Source of the DNA: Octopus vulgaris
Lineage: Eukaryota
NCBI GenBank assembly: GCA_951406725.2
Contig: OX597829.1
Span: 50,716,001 to 50,780,000, forward strand
Length of the DNA: 64,000 nt
Direction of reading: 5' to 3'
Each line of letters starts with the position of its first letter. The first letter of the stretch is position 1. Below, piece by piece: positions 13,800 to 26,940 of this stretch. The notes under the pieces were generated by a model. It was not told the DNA's origin. It ran no database searches and was given only the letters and a program-made list of their open reading frames with translations. A program made the position numbers and the translations under genes.

Positions 13800-14207
13800 T
13801 TATTCTTACTCTTTTACTCTTTTACTTGTTTCAGTCATTTGACCGCAGCCATGCTGGAGCACCGCCTTTAGTCGAGCAACTCAACCCCGGGACTTATTCT
13901 TTTTGTAAGCCCAGTACTTATCCTATCGGTCTCTTTTTGCCGAACTGCTAAGTGACGGGGACGTAAACACACCAGCATCGGTTGTCAAGCAATGCTAGGG
14001 GAACAAACACAGACACACAAACACACACACATACTTATATACACGACAGGCTTCTTTCAGTTTCCGTCTACCAAATCCACTCACAAGGCATTGGTCGGCC
14101 CGAGGCTATAGTAGAAGACACTTGCCCAAGATGCCCCGCAGTGGGACTGAACCCGGAACCATGTGGTTGGTTAGCAAGCTACTTACCACACAGCCACTCC
14201 TGCGCCT
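13800..14207 (-). mobile_element. SINE family B, full length
   Basis: Head ggcgcaggagtggctgtgtggtaag, internal (TA)(TG) tract, (AGTAAAAG)n tail. Confidence 0.9.
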
Positions 14208-14519
14208 ATAAAGCAAATAAGTTACCGAAATATAGCAAAACTATTGAGTCGACACAATAGTTATATCATCTTACATACATTTCATTGACAATGAATAAAT
14301 ATCAGTTATGTGAGGAAATGATCTCATTGTGTTGTCAAATCTTCAAAGATTGCATAACACTTATCACCTTTAGTATCCCTACTATCATCTACCTAACATG
14401 AATACAAAGGATTACTAAAAACTGCCATACGCTCTCTGAAGATTTCCAGTTGTAAATGAAATACGCTTAAGATGATGTATATAAATACAATATAAACAAA
14501 CTCTACTGTTTTGTTTCTA

Positions 14520-14641
14520 TCTATGAATGTATGGATATACATACATAAATATGTGTGTATGTATATATGTGTACGTATATTTATTTATATATATATTTCT
14601 ATGAATATACGTATCTCTCTCTATATATAAATGTGTATGTG

Positions 14642-14689
<48 letters not shown>

Positions 14690-14889
14690 GTATACATATT
14701 AATACTTATTTCTATGTTCAGTTATAATAAAAACAATTTTACTATAATCTGATGGGTTACTCCATACTTTTGTAGAGTACAAATTTATTATTCTTAAACA
14801 AAAATAGTAAATGTATATATGTATATATATTGTGCGTGTGTGTGTGTGTGCATGCACACGCATGTGGCGAATGTATGTTTGTTTGTATG

Positions 14890-14924
<35 letters not shown>

Positions 14925-15029
14925 ATATATACATACATATATATATATACTCACATATACATACAAACATAGACACATATATATATATATATATATATAT
15001 TCATGCAAACACACACACACACATGCATG

Positions 15030-15098
<69 letters not shown>

Positions 15099-15407
15099 GC
15101 ATGTGCATGCTTAGTGGCAGTGTCTGAGAATTAATGTTAGTAACAATGAGGAATGGTAAGATTTGGGGGTTTTCTGCAAACTATGGCATTTATTTAGAAA
15201 CTGATATTATTACACTGAAATTTGACCTGTAGCAGATTTGTTATTTTAAAATTAAAATACCCCAGGCTGTGAAACCTTATACGCCAAAACCGCTGCATTT
15301 ATATTTTTAAAAATCTCTCCGTCGTAATATAAACACATAATTTTCCTGAGATGAAAACATGATTTTACAAATGTATGTATATATGTGTGTGTTTACATAT
15401 ATATATT

Positions 15408-15465
<58 letters not shown>

Positions 15466-15805
15466 GTGTGTGTGTGTGTGCGTGTGTGTGTAAATATATA
15501 TATATATTTATATATATATGTAAATATATCTATATATATGTATATGTGTATATATATGTATAAGTATATATATATCTGTATATATAATATATACACATAC
15601 ACATATAGAGAGATACATATATATGCATAGAAATACGTACATAAATATATATATATACATATATATATATAAATATATATATATATACATATATATACAT
15701 ATATATATATATACGTATATATATGTGTGTATATATATGCATATAAATATATATATACATGCATATACACATATATACACATACATATATGTATGTATAT
15801 ACACA
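14520..15805. repeat. Degenerate (TA)/(TG)/(CA) microsatellite region
   Basis: Direct reading; unique sequence only at about 15120-15370. Confidence 0.85.
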
Positions 15806-15957
15806 TTTTTGCAAATGATGGTTTCTTGTTGTCTTTTATCAACTTAGAAATCTTAGGATATCCAACTTTTATATTTGAAGCAAGAAAATTCCAAACTTAC
15901 TCTAGAACAAAAAAAAAGTTAAATGCTTTTTGTAAATATTTCACATTTCATGTTTCC

Positions 15958-15998
<41 letters not shown>

Positions 15999-16247
15999 TT
16001 ACACATACAAACATATGTGCACATACATAAATGCGAACACATACATAAATGGTGATTGCCCCATTTTCACAGGTGATTGACGTCTGTTTCTGAGCTTCTT
16101 CATTGTCAATGGCACATCTGACCTTCCATTCATGACCTCTGAGATGACTAATTCAGTCCCACTGTAAATTTGCATGGTTTGAAATGTAGGTAACAAACAA
16201 AAGTTGTAATTTCCACTGGATTGACCCGATCACTTTGTGAGATGGGG

Positions 16248-16627
16248 GAAGCACTCTGTCGGTAACGACGACGAGGGTTCCGGTTGATCCGAATCAACAG
16301 AACAGCCTGCTCGTGAAATTAACGTGTAAGTGGCTGAGCACTCCACAGACACGTGTACCCTTAACGTAGTTCTCGGGGATATTCAGCGTGACACTGAGAG
16401 TGACAAGGCCGGCCTCTTGAAATACAGGTACAACAGAAACAGGAAGTAAGAGTGAGAGAAAGTTGTGGTGAAAGAGTACAGCAGGGATCACCACCATCCC
16501 CTGCCGGAGCCTCGTGGAGCTTTTAGGTGTTTTCGCTCAATAAACACTCACAACGCTCGGTCTGGGAATCGAAACCGCGATCCTATGACCGCGAGTCCGC
16601 TGCCCTAACCACTGGGCCATTGCGCCT
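16248..16627 (-). mobile_element. SINE family A (A2)
   Basis: Flanked by actttgtgagat on both sides (TSD). Confidence 0.9.
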
Positions 16628-16639
16628 CAACTTTGTGAG

Positions 16640-17880
16640 ATATGATCCCTTTGAATTGCCTTACCTCTCTTCAGACAAGAAATCGACTTCCAAGCCCTTT
16701 CATACGCTAAACATGTCGAACCATCTGGTCTAGGAGGAATGATGTTGTACAATCGATCTTTGAGGCAACTACAAATCGTTGACACACCCATCCTTGGAAA
16801 GGGGTACACAGCCATATGCTTCACACCTCCATCAATTTATGCCCTCATTGAGGTTCTCATGACAGCCCTTTCCAAAGACAGTGCTTTGAGCTTGGATGCT
16901 CAAAGCCACCTTCTTCAAAAGTTTTACAGTCTTTCCTTATATGCTTCCTCCACTCAGCTCTTTCAAAAGCTAGTTCTTCTTTCCAGAGCCAGTCTTTTAC
17001 ATTGATTTGCACTTTTCCTTCATATTGCTTTTTAGGCAGTCTTTTTGTTTTTGTTTTTTTTGCTACCATTTTTGTGGTTCATGCTGAGGATACCTTCTAG
17101 TGCACAACTCACTTTGTGAACATCTGTTCTAAAGTAGAACAGCTGCAGTGGATTCCTATTGCATTCTATATCCACAACATTTGAGACCCCCTTCGGTCAC
17201 GACACAGGCCATGGGATTGCACCTAGAAAGTTACCCTCCCAGGCATAAGTCCGGCCAGGATTGTTTATGGAAGACCAGCAGTCACCCATGCATACCAGCC
17301 TCCCCTCTTCACACCACCAATGTTATCCAAGGGAAAGGTAACGGCTGATACAGCTTGGCACCTGTGACATCGCAACTCATTTCTACAGCTGAGTGAACTG
17401 GAGCAACGTGAAATAAAGTGTCTTGCTCAAGAACACAATACACAGCCCGGTCTGGGATTCAAGCTCACAGCCTCACGATCATAAGCTCAACACTCTAACC
17501 ACTGAGCCATGCGCCTTCACATTATACATTATTACCTGCCCATCAAATCTGAGAAGCTATGCCAGGTGACTGTATGCTTGAGTATCCCACTTTTGCAAGG
17601 ACTTCTGTGTCAGGTGCTTTAATTTGCCACATGATGTTGAGTATGCATTTTAAACATTTTTGATAAAAGCACTTAAGCAGCTTGAGATGTCTACAATATA
17701 CTGTCCATATTTCAGAAGAATACAAGAGAGCCAAGCCTTGTAAATGCTCAGCAATTTGCCCAGTCTCTCTTTCCAAGATTCCTGAATGTTATAGATGCAT
17801 TTTTGCTTATAGGGAGCCATCTTTCAACAACATACTGCCCAGCTAAACAAAAGTATCAACTCCACCCAATCTTCTAACAT
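16640..17880 (-). mobile_element. RTE-BovB LINE fragments (degenerate ORF C-terminal half)
   Basis: LLYSSEIWTVY...CLKCILNIMWQ and ELAFERAEWRKHIR. Confidence 0.75.
17183..17518 (-). mobile_element. SINE family D
   Basis: Reverse complement of 53458-53792. Confidence 0.85.
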
Positions 17881-17890
17881 ATTCTACAAG

Positions 17891-18305
17891 AGGCACAGGA
17901 GTGGCTGTGTGGTAAGTAGCTTGCTTACTAACCACATGGTTCCGGGTTCAGTCCCACTGCGTGGCACCTTGGGCAAATGTCTTCTACTATAGCTTCGGGC
18001 CGACCAAAGCCTTGTGAGTGGATTTGGTAGATGGAAACTGAAAGAAGCCTGTCGTATATATGTATATACATATATGTATGTATGTGTGTGTTTGTGTGTC
18101 TGTGTTTGTCCCACCAACATTGTTTGACAGCTGATGCTGGTGTGTTTACGTCCCTGTCACTTAGCGGTTCGGCAAAAGAGACCGATAGAATAAGTACTGG
18201 GCTTACAAAGACTAAGTCCCGGGGTCGATTTGCTCAACTAAAGGCGGTGCCCCAGCATGGCCGCAGTCAAATGACTGAAACAAGTAAAAGAGTAAAAGAG
18301 TAAAG
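17891..18305 (+). mobile_element. SINE family B, full length
   Basis: caccttgggcaaatgtcttct core; (AGTAAAAG)n tail. Confidence 0.9.
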
Positions 18306-18349
18306 AGAGTAATATCTGGGTCAACATAGGGATCACCCGGTGCAAGGGT

Positions 18350-18560
18350 GAAAATTACCCTGGTATTTTTGGAATCGTTTTAAGACCAAAGGCTGTACAT
18401 AAAGCAGGTTACACACTCCTCTAGACTGGCAAACTAAAAGATGAATGACAAGAAGGTAATGTTGGCTTTGCGATTGTAACAACTTTGGTAGAACATTTGG
18501 AGCATATTTTTATTATCACTGATCGCATGAATATTATGCAACAATCTTGTCAATTTATAC
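18350..18560 (+). mobile_element. RTE apurinic-endonuclease N-terminal fragment
   Basis: AGYTLL*TGK...EGNVGFAIVTTLVEHLE. Confidence 0.6.
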
Positions 18561-18651
18561 TGTTTTACATACACACACCCATACATAGACAAACACTCAT
18601 ATGGACATCAATCCATCCATACATACATTCATACGTAATATTACAGGGTGG

Positions 18652-18858
18652 TTATCTACTCCTTATCCAGGGTCTGACCTTAGATCTATCATGGCATCCG
18701 AAGTGACTTTTTAAACCAGACAATGTTTTGAAAAGATACCCACATAGATTGCATATCTGCTTTGGACCACCAAGAGCTGCAGCTAAGTTCTGATCTTTGT
18801 GCATCTTACAATGTCTTTTGAGGCCTCCGTTAGATTTGCAGACTTTATGGCATATCAC
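18652..18858 (-). mobile_element. RTE-BovB-type 3' end with two C2H2 fingers
   Basis: CHKVCKSNGGLKRHCKMH and CNLCGYLFKTLSGLKSH; same pattern as the C-terminus of 44333-47273. Confidence 0.6.
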
Positions 18859-18859
18859 A

Positions 18860-19031
18860 CGCTACACACATTCCTTCCAAGCACTGCTGTAAACACTGAG
18901 CTAGAATGCTTAAAACTTAGTGTGCATGCACAGCAGAGTTCAAGGTCAATCTGTGCCACACAACTTCACTCTGCATGCTTTAGCTTCGTTACTATGGCAA
19001 CAGTCCGGATACTTATTGATCAGACCACATA
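18860..19031 (-). mobile_element. mariner 5' end with TIR
   Basis: Homologous to the arms of 33966-34836. Confidence 0.75.
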
Positions 19032-19499
19032 AACTTAAATATCCATCCCTATACTGAAACAGATATTGATAGATATAAATGCTTATATTCATATTAGAAT
19101 AAAGGCATGAGTATACATACATACGTACATGATGATGATGATGATGATACACATATATACATATATATATATATAATTAATAATATCAGGGTAATAAAAA
19201 TTTTAGAAATTTTTGCTACCTGTGGCCTAGCGTATAGAAAAATTAGTCAATAGGCTATATATTAATCATATAAAATACAGTGCACATTTAAACACATAAG
19301 AGGTATCCATCCATGGGATTCATCTTATGTGTTTAAATGTACACTGTATTTATATGAACATATATATATATATATATATCATCATCATCATCATCATCAT
19401 ATATATATATATATATACACACACATCAATCCATAGGCACAAACAAAGGTGTAAATATATACACATACAAATAGATATTCTAATAAACAAATATTTAAA

Positions 19500-19702
19500 G
19501 CTGGTAGAAACGTTAGCACACTGGGCGAAACGCTTGGCGGTATTTCATCTGTCTTTTACGTTCTCAGTTCAAACTGTGCTGAGGTCTACTTTGCCTTTCA
19601 TTCTTTTGGGGTCAATAAATTAACCACCAGTTGTGTACTGAGAATCAATCTAATCGACTGCCCCTCTCCCCAAAATTTTGGGCCTTATGCCTAGAATAGA
19701 AA
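19500..19702 (+). mobile_element. SINE family C (tail B)
   Basis: Family body plus ggccttatgcctagaatagaaaag tail. Confidence 0.8.
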
Positions 19703-19741
19703 AGTATATAACAAATATGTATACAGGTTCATGTATAAGCA

Positions 19742-19802
<61 letters not shown>

Positions 19803-19806
<4 letters not shown>

Positions 19807-20670
19807 TCATCCTCATCCTTATCGTTTAACATCTGTTTTCCATGCTGGCATGGGTTAGACAGTTCGACTGGGGTCTGGCCCCAATCTGATCTGGTAGGGT
19901 TTCTATAGCTGGTTACCCTTCCTAACACCAATCACTCTGAGTGTAGTGGGTGCTTTTTACGAGCCATCGGCACGGGGGCCAGAGGATCTGGCATCAACCA
20001 CGATCAGATGGTGTGTTTTACTTGCCGCTGGCATGGAAGCCAGTTAAGGCGGCACTGGTATCAGCTACGTTTGGATGGTGCTCTTTATGTGCCACTGGCA
20101 CAGGGGTCACAACTACAATTTCCATTTGATTGTAATTTGATTTGCTTTTGATATTGTATAGGGCCTGTACAGCCTTAATTAACCATTCGTCAATCCCCAG
20201 TTTCTGCATCACCCACCAAAAAAGGGATCGGGGGACCCTGACAAAGGCTTTCTCTAAGTCCACAAAAGCCAAGAATAGGGGTTTATCTTTGGCTAGGTAT
20301 TTCTCCTGCTGTTGCAGTACCAGAAAGCATCAGTGGTGCTTCTACTTGACACAAAACCATACTGCATCTCATCTAAGCAGACTCTCTCCATAATTGGTTG
20401 CACTATGACCCTCTCCGTGACCTTCATCACCTGATCCAACAATTTGATACCTCTGTCACTATTTCTATCTAAGAACCACCGTTTTTTCCTTTGTAGCAGT
20501 TGACTATGGTGCTGCTACGCCAGTCATTGGATATGACTCCATCATGAACTACCTAGTTTACAATATGGGTAACTAGGCCAAAGCCCACACCACCAGATGT
20601 TTTAAGCATCTCAGCAGTGATTCCTGATGGGCCAGGGGCTTTTCCTGGCTTCATACCCTTAATTGCTTTA
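19803..20670 (-). mobile_element. Internally deleted RTE LINE (RT fragment joined to 3'UTR)
   Basis: AFVDLEKAFVRVPRSLFWWVMQKLGIDEWLIKAVQALY runs directly into the UTR. Confidence 0.85.
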
Positions 20671-20674
20671 TCAC

Positions 20675-20872
20675 CTGTGCGGGTGGCACGTAAAAAGCAC
20701 CCACTACACTCACGGAGTGGTTGGCGTTAGGAAGGGCATCCAGCCGTAGAAACACTGCCAGATCTGACTGGGCCTGATGAAGCCTTCCAGCTTCACAGAC
20801 CCCAGTTGAACCTTCCAACCCATGCTAGCATGGAAAACGGACGCTAAATGATGATGATGATGATGATGATGA
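20675..20872 (+). mobile_element. RTE 3'UTR terminal fragment
   Basis: ggttggcgttaggaagggcatcc ... (GAT)n. Confidence 0.85.
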
Positions 20873-20876
20873 TATA

Positions 20877-20930
<54 letters not shown>

Positions 20931-21040
20931 GAAGGTTGAAAAGTAACACACAAGTTGTATATATGTATATATATACTTTATTATTAAGGCTGCAAAAACA
21001 TCACTAAACTATTACAAAAGAGCCGCTACTCAGAATCCCA

Positions 21041-21080
21041 ACTGTCTGATGAACGAGAACATGAAACTCTGAGTAGCAGT
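21041..21080 (+). ncRNA. Minimal type I hammerhead ribozyme motif (Penelope-like)
   Basis: ACTGT-CTGATGA-acgagaacat-GAAA-CTC t GAG-TA-GCAGT; stems I and III pair, stem II is weak. Confidence 0.6.
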
Positions 21081-21254
21081 TTTTTGCAATATTTTTGTAA
21101 TGTTTTTTGCAGCTTTAATAATAAACCATATTACTCTACCTCTGGTATTCAACTACTATTTTTTTCCACCTTGTTTCGCATTTATGTGCTTATTCTGGTA
21201 TATATGATGATGATGATGATACTTTATTTAAAGCAGCAGAAAATTCAACAAAAC

Positions 21255-21292
21255 CTGTTACTCTGAGTTTCCCGTTGCCATTCATCGGACAG
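21255..21292 (-). ncRNA. Minimal type I hammerhead motif, inverted partner of 21041
   Basis: Minus strand CTGT-CCGATGA-atggcaacgg-GAAA-CTC a GAG-TA-ACAG. Confidence 0.55.
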
Positions 21293-21652
21293 TTTTTGCT
21301 AGAATGGAACCGATATGTCAATTCTACCAAGACTATTACAAACGCTACACCTTTAAAAAAATGGACTTGTTTGATTGGCCCTTTAGAAATAACGGTCAAT
21401 TTTCGAGCAATAAACAAAGATGAGCTCAAAAATATATATATATATATATATAAAAATTATAAAAAATTATAAAATTCGAGGAAAAACCTTACATTGAATA
21501 AAATACATATTGACCTTAATGAAGGAAATATATATTGACCTTAATGAATAAATATAATTATATATATATATATATATAAATAGATGAGTGTATTTTTACC
21601 TTGTTAATAATTAACACGGAAAAACCTTAGGTAAATATATATATATATATAT

Positions 21653-21850
21653 TGGTAAAACGGTTAAGATAACAAAAGAAAGAAAGAGACCTCAATATTA
21701 TGTAAATAGAGGAAATTTATCTGTAAAATAATATGTGACAATTATTCAATGGCCAGATAACCGAAGAGATGGTGTTGTGGATTTCCACATCGGCATCCGA
21801 AACTCAGAGTTTTATCTTGGCTATTGAATAATTGTCATATATTATTTTAC

Positions 21851-21855
<5 letters not shown>
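21653..21855. mobile_element. Penelope-like inverted pseudo-LTR remnant in (TA)n, with HHR-like core at 21751-21821
   Basis: GCCAGATAA-CCGAAGA-GATG..CATC-CGAAACTCAGAGTT-TTATCTTGGC; same family as 35427-35778. Confidence 0.6.
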
Positions 21856-21895
<40 letters not shown>

Positions 21896-21896
<1 letters not shown>

Positions 21897-22275
21897 CATG
21901 CCGGTGACACGTAAAAAGCACCATCCGTTCGTGGCCGTTGCCAGCACTGCCCCGACTGGCCTCTGTGACGGTGGCACGTAAAAGCACCATCCATTCGTGG
22001 CCGTTGCCAGCACCGACCCGACTGGCCTCTGTGACGGTGGCATGTAAAAGCACCATCCGTTCGTGGCCGTTTGCCAGCTCCGTCTGGCTCCTGTGCGGGT
22101 GGCATGTAAAAAGCACCCACTACACTCACGGAGTGGTTGGCGTTAGGAAGGGCATCCAGCCGTAGAAACACTGCCAGATCAGACTGGGCCTGGTGCAGCC
22201 TTCTGGCTTCCCAGACCCCAGTTGAACCGTCCAACCCATGCTAGCATGGAAAACGGACGCTAAATGATGATGATG
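21896..22275 (+). mobile_element. RTE 3'UTR fragment with tandem subrepeats
   Basis: ggtggcacgtaaaaagcacc occurs 4 times; (GAT)n tail. Confidence 0.85.
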
Positions 22276-22633
22276 ATATATATATAGAAAAAGAGAGAGA
22301 GAGAGAGAGAAAGAGATTTTAATATGCCAAGCTGGATTAAGGCAGTGAGCTGACAGAACCCTTAGCATGCCAAGTAACATGTATTTTGTCCATTTTTACG
22401 TTCTAAGTTCAAATTCCACTGAGGTCATCTTTGTCTGTCACCCTTTTGGGATTGATTAAAGAAGCACCAGTTGAGCACAGGAGTCTGTGAAATCAACTTA
22501 CCCCTTTCCAATAATGAAACCAATATGTGAAGATGGAATGTGAAAGAACTAAATATGATATAGCAGGATTTTGATTCTGGTCGTCTGAAAATGTGCCTGA
22601 ATACAATTATTGTTGATTCATATAAATATGATA

Positions 22634-23029
22634 TCTTTATATATAAAAGTGAAGTTGTGTGTCTGTCTCCTACGATTTAGATTCCTAACCACTCCCACAT
22701 TTTGCGGTGCAGTTTAACCAAAACCGGGTATCTTATAGTCATGATTCATATCGAGCCCTTCTGGGTATTAGCGCGCATCTATGATGAGTCTACGATTTAA
22801 AAAAAATTTACCATAATTTTTTCCCATTTTTAATGCATTTCTTTTTGCTATTATATAAGGGAAGTAACTCTCTAAAAATGTATTATTAAATCTCAGAACG
22901 TAAAAAGCTACAGTAACACCCCCCTTTGTGGTTAGCCATATTGAGATGGCTATTATACTTTACATCTCTAAAAATGCTTATATAGTTATTTCCCTTACAA
23001 ACCCGAGCAACGCCGGGCGATACTGCTAG
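22634..23029 (+). mobile_element. Non-autonomous Helitron
   Basis: A|TC 5' end, subterminal hairpin cccgagcaacgccggg, CTAG|T 3' end, no TSD. Confidence 0.85.
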
Positions 23030-23101
23030 TTGTATATAAAATATGTAACATTTAGCAATTAACAATTGATGAAGATGTGTTAAAACAATTGTAGTGATTT
23101 G

Positions 23102-23835
23102 TAGAAGGGGTGCTGGAAAGTTCCTGGTTTTGGGTAAAAGAAAATAGAGGAGGATCAGTTAATTATGATTTTATTCAACACTAGCAGTATCGCCCGGCGT
23201 TGCTTGGGTTTGTAAGGGAAATAACTATATAAACATTTTTAGAGAGTTACTTCCCTTATAGATGCCAATTCGGGCTTTCTTAGCCATTTCTGTTTTGGTG
23301 TCTTCAAGCCATGAAGTCGTTGTTCTAAAAGAACGCTGGTCTCCTTGACAACGCTTTACGACGTTGATTTCCTTACACTCCCTTCCCCACAGCTTCACGA
23401 GGGAGGGAAGAAGGGGGAGAAGCAAACAGGTGCAGGTGTGACCATGGACGCCAACTCCGCCGCCATCGACACACGAAAAATTATGCATTAAAATGGAATA
23501 AAAAATTATGTTAAATTATTTTTAAAATCGTAGATTCATCGTAGACGCGCGCTAATACTCAGACGGGCTCAATATGAATCACGACTATAAGATACCCGAA
23601 TTTGGTTAAACTGCACCGCAAAATGTGGGAGTAGTTAGGAATCTAAATCGAAGGGGACAGACACTCACACAACTACAGTTTTATATATATAGATATTCCC
23701 CTCTTAGATTCACACACGTACTGCAGCAGTCCTTCAGTTTCCCTAAGCCCTGTAAAAGAACTGGGGAAGTCGGGCCTCCAACCAGTCCTTTCGCAATACC
23801 CTTAAAGCCATGAAGTTTTTCAGCACCACCTTGTA
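23102..23835. mobile_element. mariner-derived MITE interrupted by a Helitron
   Basis: aaggggtgctggaaag ... ttttcagcaccaccttgta TIRs; uninterrupted homologue at 10645. Confidence 0.7.
23181..23693 (-). mobile_element. Non-autonomous Helitron, same family as 22634
   Basis: A|CTAG...GA|T on the plus strand; inserted between A and T of ttattcaaca|tattccc. Confidence 0.85.
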
Positions 23836-24016
23836 ATAAACCCTGTTGAGTCCATCTTCTCGCATTAAAATTTTGTTTGTTTATACTCCATGGATATTTG
23901 CGGATTTTCCCATTTATATCCTGTAACAGGAGAAATCTTACTGTATTATAGCATTAGGTAATTGATAGCCAGAGAGGAGCTTTGCAAAGCACACCATATA
24001 TATATATATATATGTA

Positions 24017-24173
<157 letters not shown>

Positions 24174-24589
24174 ATGTATATGTTTATATATGTATATATA
24201 AACAGACATGTTTAAACATGCATATATCATGATGTTATTATCTGATTGTGCAATATACAAATATAAATATATGTATGTGCATGTTAGTGTATGTGTTTGT
24301 GCATGTGAATGCAAATGTATGCCAGAATGTGTGTGTGTGTGTGTTTGTGTATCACATAATCGGATAATTATGCCATTATGTTATATCATTGCATAAACAT
24401 CCCATTAGATAATATTACACGATAATGTTATAACATGTTGTGCTGTGTGTTTTATCTGATTGTATTTATTTTCCAGTCTGGCACAGTTCATGTGTCTCTC
24501 TCTGCCCTATGTGACAGTTTTGCTGTGAAGCTGGTTTAGGGATATCAAATTGTCTTTCCTTGTAGTTGTTGTTGTCGTCGTCGTTGTTG

Positions 24590-24992
<403 letters not shown>

Positions 24993-25568
24993 GCTTGATG
25001 AAATCTGAAATCACAGAAACACAAGCAAACAACTTCACAATCTGTAGATATTTCAGTTTCTTTCATGCGGGGTCACTCTAACCTTAGGTGAAAAAAAAAA
25101 CAAAAAAAAACCCCCCAGAAAAACTGAAAAACTTATCTATGTTGAGCAGATGTTAAAGTAAGAAGAATGGTCTGGTTAAAATGTAATCACTGGTGTGTAA
25201 GAATGGTGTAAGTGCGTGTGTGTGTGTGTGTGTGTTTTTGTATACATATGTCAGTTTGTCTATCTGTCTATCTGTCTTTCTGTCTTTCTGTCTGTCTGTC
25301 TCAAAAGGAAGTAAGAATAATCTCTAAGGGCGGAGTCAGGTGGGGAAGATGCAAAAAGTCTTGAGTTATTATTATTATTATTATTATTTCAAAGGATTGG
25401 AGTTCATTGGCAGAAATAGGGGTCTGCCTATTTGACTGAATGGCCTAAACCGTATTTTAGCTTTGGTTTTCCCCCTCCACTGCGGCATATTCTACGTTCG
25501 AAATTGTGCAAAGAGATGAACTTGTCCTTGATCTATCCAAGGTCAACATGTGTATGTATGTATGTGTA

Positions 25569-25601
<33 letters not shown>

Positions 25602-25625
25602 TGTACATGTGTATATGTACATATA

Positions 25626-25689
<64 letters not shown>

Positions 25690-25690
<1 letters not shown>

Positions 25691-25848
25691 TCTCTTTACT
25701 CTTTTACTCTTTTACCTGTTTCAGTCATTTGACTGCGGCCATGCTGGAGCACCGCCTTTTAATCGACCAACTCGACCCTGGGACTTATTCTTTTGTAAGC
25801 CCAGTACTTATTCTATCGGTCTCTTTTGCCGAACCGCTAAGTAACGGC
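25690..25848 (-). mobile_element. SINE family B, 3' part
   Basis: cagtcatttgactgcggccatgctggagcaccgcc. Confidence 0.85.
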
Positions 25849-25853
25849 TAAGT

Positions 25854-25887
<34 letters not shown>

Positions 25888-26163
25888 TAGTTGAATGAAT
25901 TATCCTACTATGGATAATTCGGTTAACCGATACTCGGGTAGCAACTTCACGTAAGAAAAACACGGTTGAAGCTACATGCCAAGGGCAGAGATCACGTGCT
26001 TTCGTGTGGAAATTTGTGTGTTCAACTCCATTCTTTCATTTATATATGTGTTCAACTCCATATCTTTCATTTATATATATATATATATTATATATATATA
26101 TGTATGTATGGTATGTGTGTTTGTGTATTTATATACATGCATACATGAATGCATATATGTTTA

Positions 26164-26196
<33 letters not shown>

Positions 26197-26229
26197 ATTC
26201 ATATTTATGTATATATGTGTATGTATATG

Positions 26230-26842
26230 CTGCTGTGCTTGATGAGACCTATTGTGTCAAGTACATCAACATCAAAATAAAAATCGAATGGATATTGTAG
26301 TTGTGATACCCATGCTGGTGGCACGTGGGGCCTCACAGAGGAAATGACGAAGACCGAGACATCTGAGATATGCTGTGACTGTGAAGACCCAACAAGTGAA
26401 GTGAGTTCATGGCTCGCATGACGGCCTGCTGTGCTAACCTTGGATCTTAGAGTGACCTGCTGTTCTTGAGGAGACCTATTGAGTCAAGTACATCAACACC
26501 AACATCAAAATGAAAATCAAATGGAAATTATAGTTAAGATACCCGTGCAGGTGACATGTAAAAAGCACCATCCGAATGTGGCGTCTGTGTTGGTGACACG
26601 TAAAAGCACCAACCAAATGTGGCCGTTTGCCAGCCTCCCCTGGCCCCTGTGCCAGTGGCACTTAAAAATCACTCACTACACTCACGGAGTGGTTGGCGTT
26701 AGGAAGGGCATCCAGCTGTAGAAACACTGCCAGATTAGACTGGAGCCTGGTGCAGTCTCCTGGCTTCCCAGACCCCGGTTGAACTGTCCAACCCATGCTA
26801 GCATGGAAAGCGGACGTTAAACGATGATGATGATTATGATGA
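26230..26842 (+). mobile_element. RTE 3' end fragments (partial duplication of the UTR)
   Basis: gagacctattg-gtcaagtacatcaaca at about 26244 and 26471; (GAT)n tail. Confidence 0.8.
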
Positions 26843-26898
26843 TATATAAAGTAGATAGATACAAACATACATACATATCCCTATATTTATATATATCA

Positions 26899-26934
<36 letters not shown>

Positions 26935-26940
26935 ATAATA

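Larger units (their letters stand above)
12766..14260 (+). mobile_element. Degenerate mariner (DD34D-type) element with nested SINEs
   Basis: HTH remnant IVLYKFKLSHN, HPTYNLDLTPANY motif; TIR-like ends tattgagttgagtcaaaagtttt / aaaactattgagtcgacacaata. Confidence 0.65.

Noticed and set aside
18652-18858. Host C2H2 zinc-finger gene exon
   Set aside because: No TGEKP linkers; the pattern matches RTE-BovB C-terminal fingers seen in the LINE at 44.4-44.7 kb.
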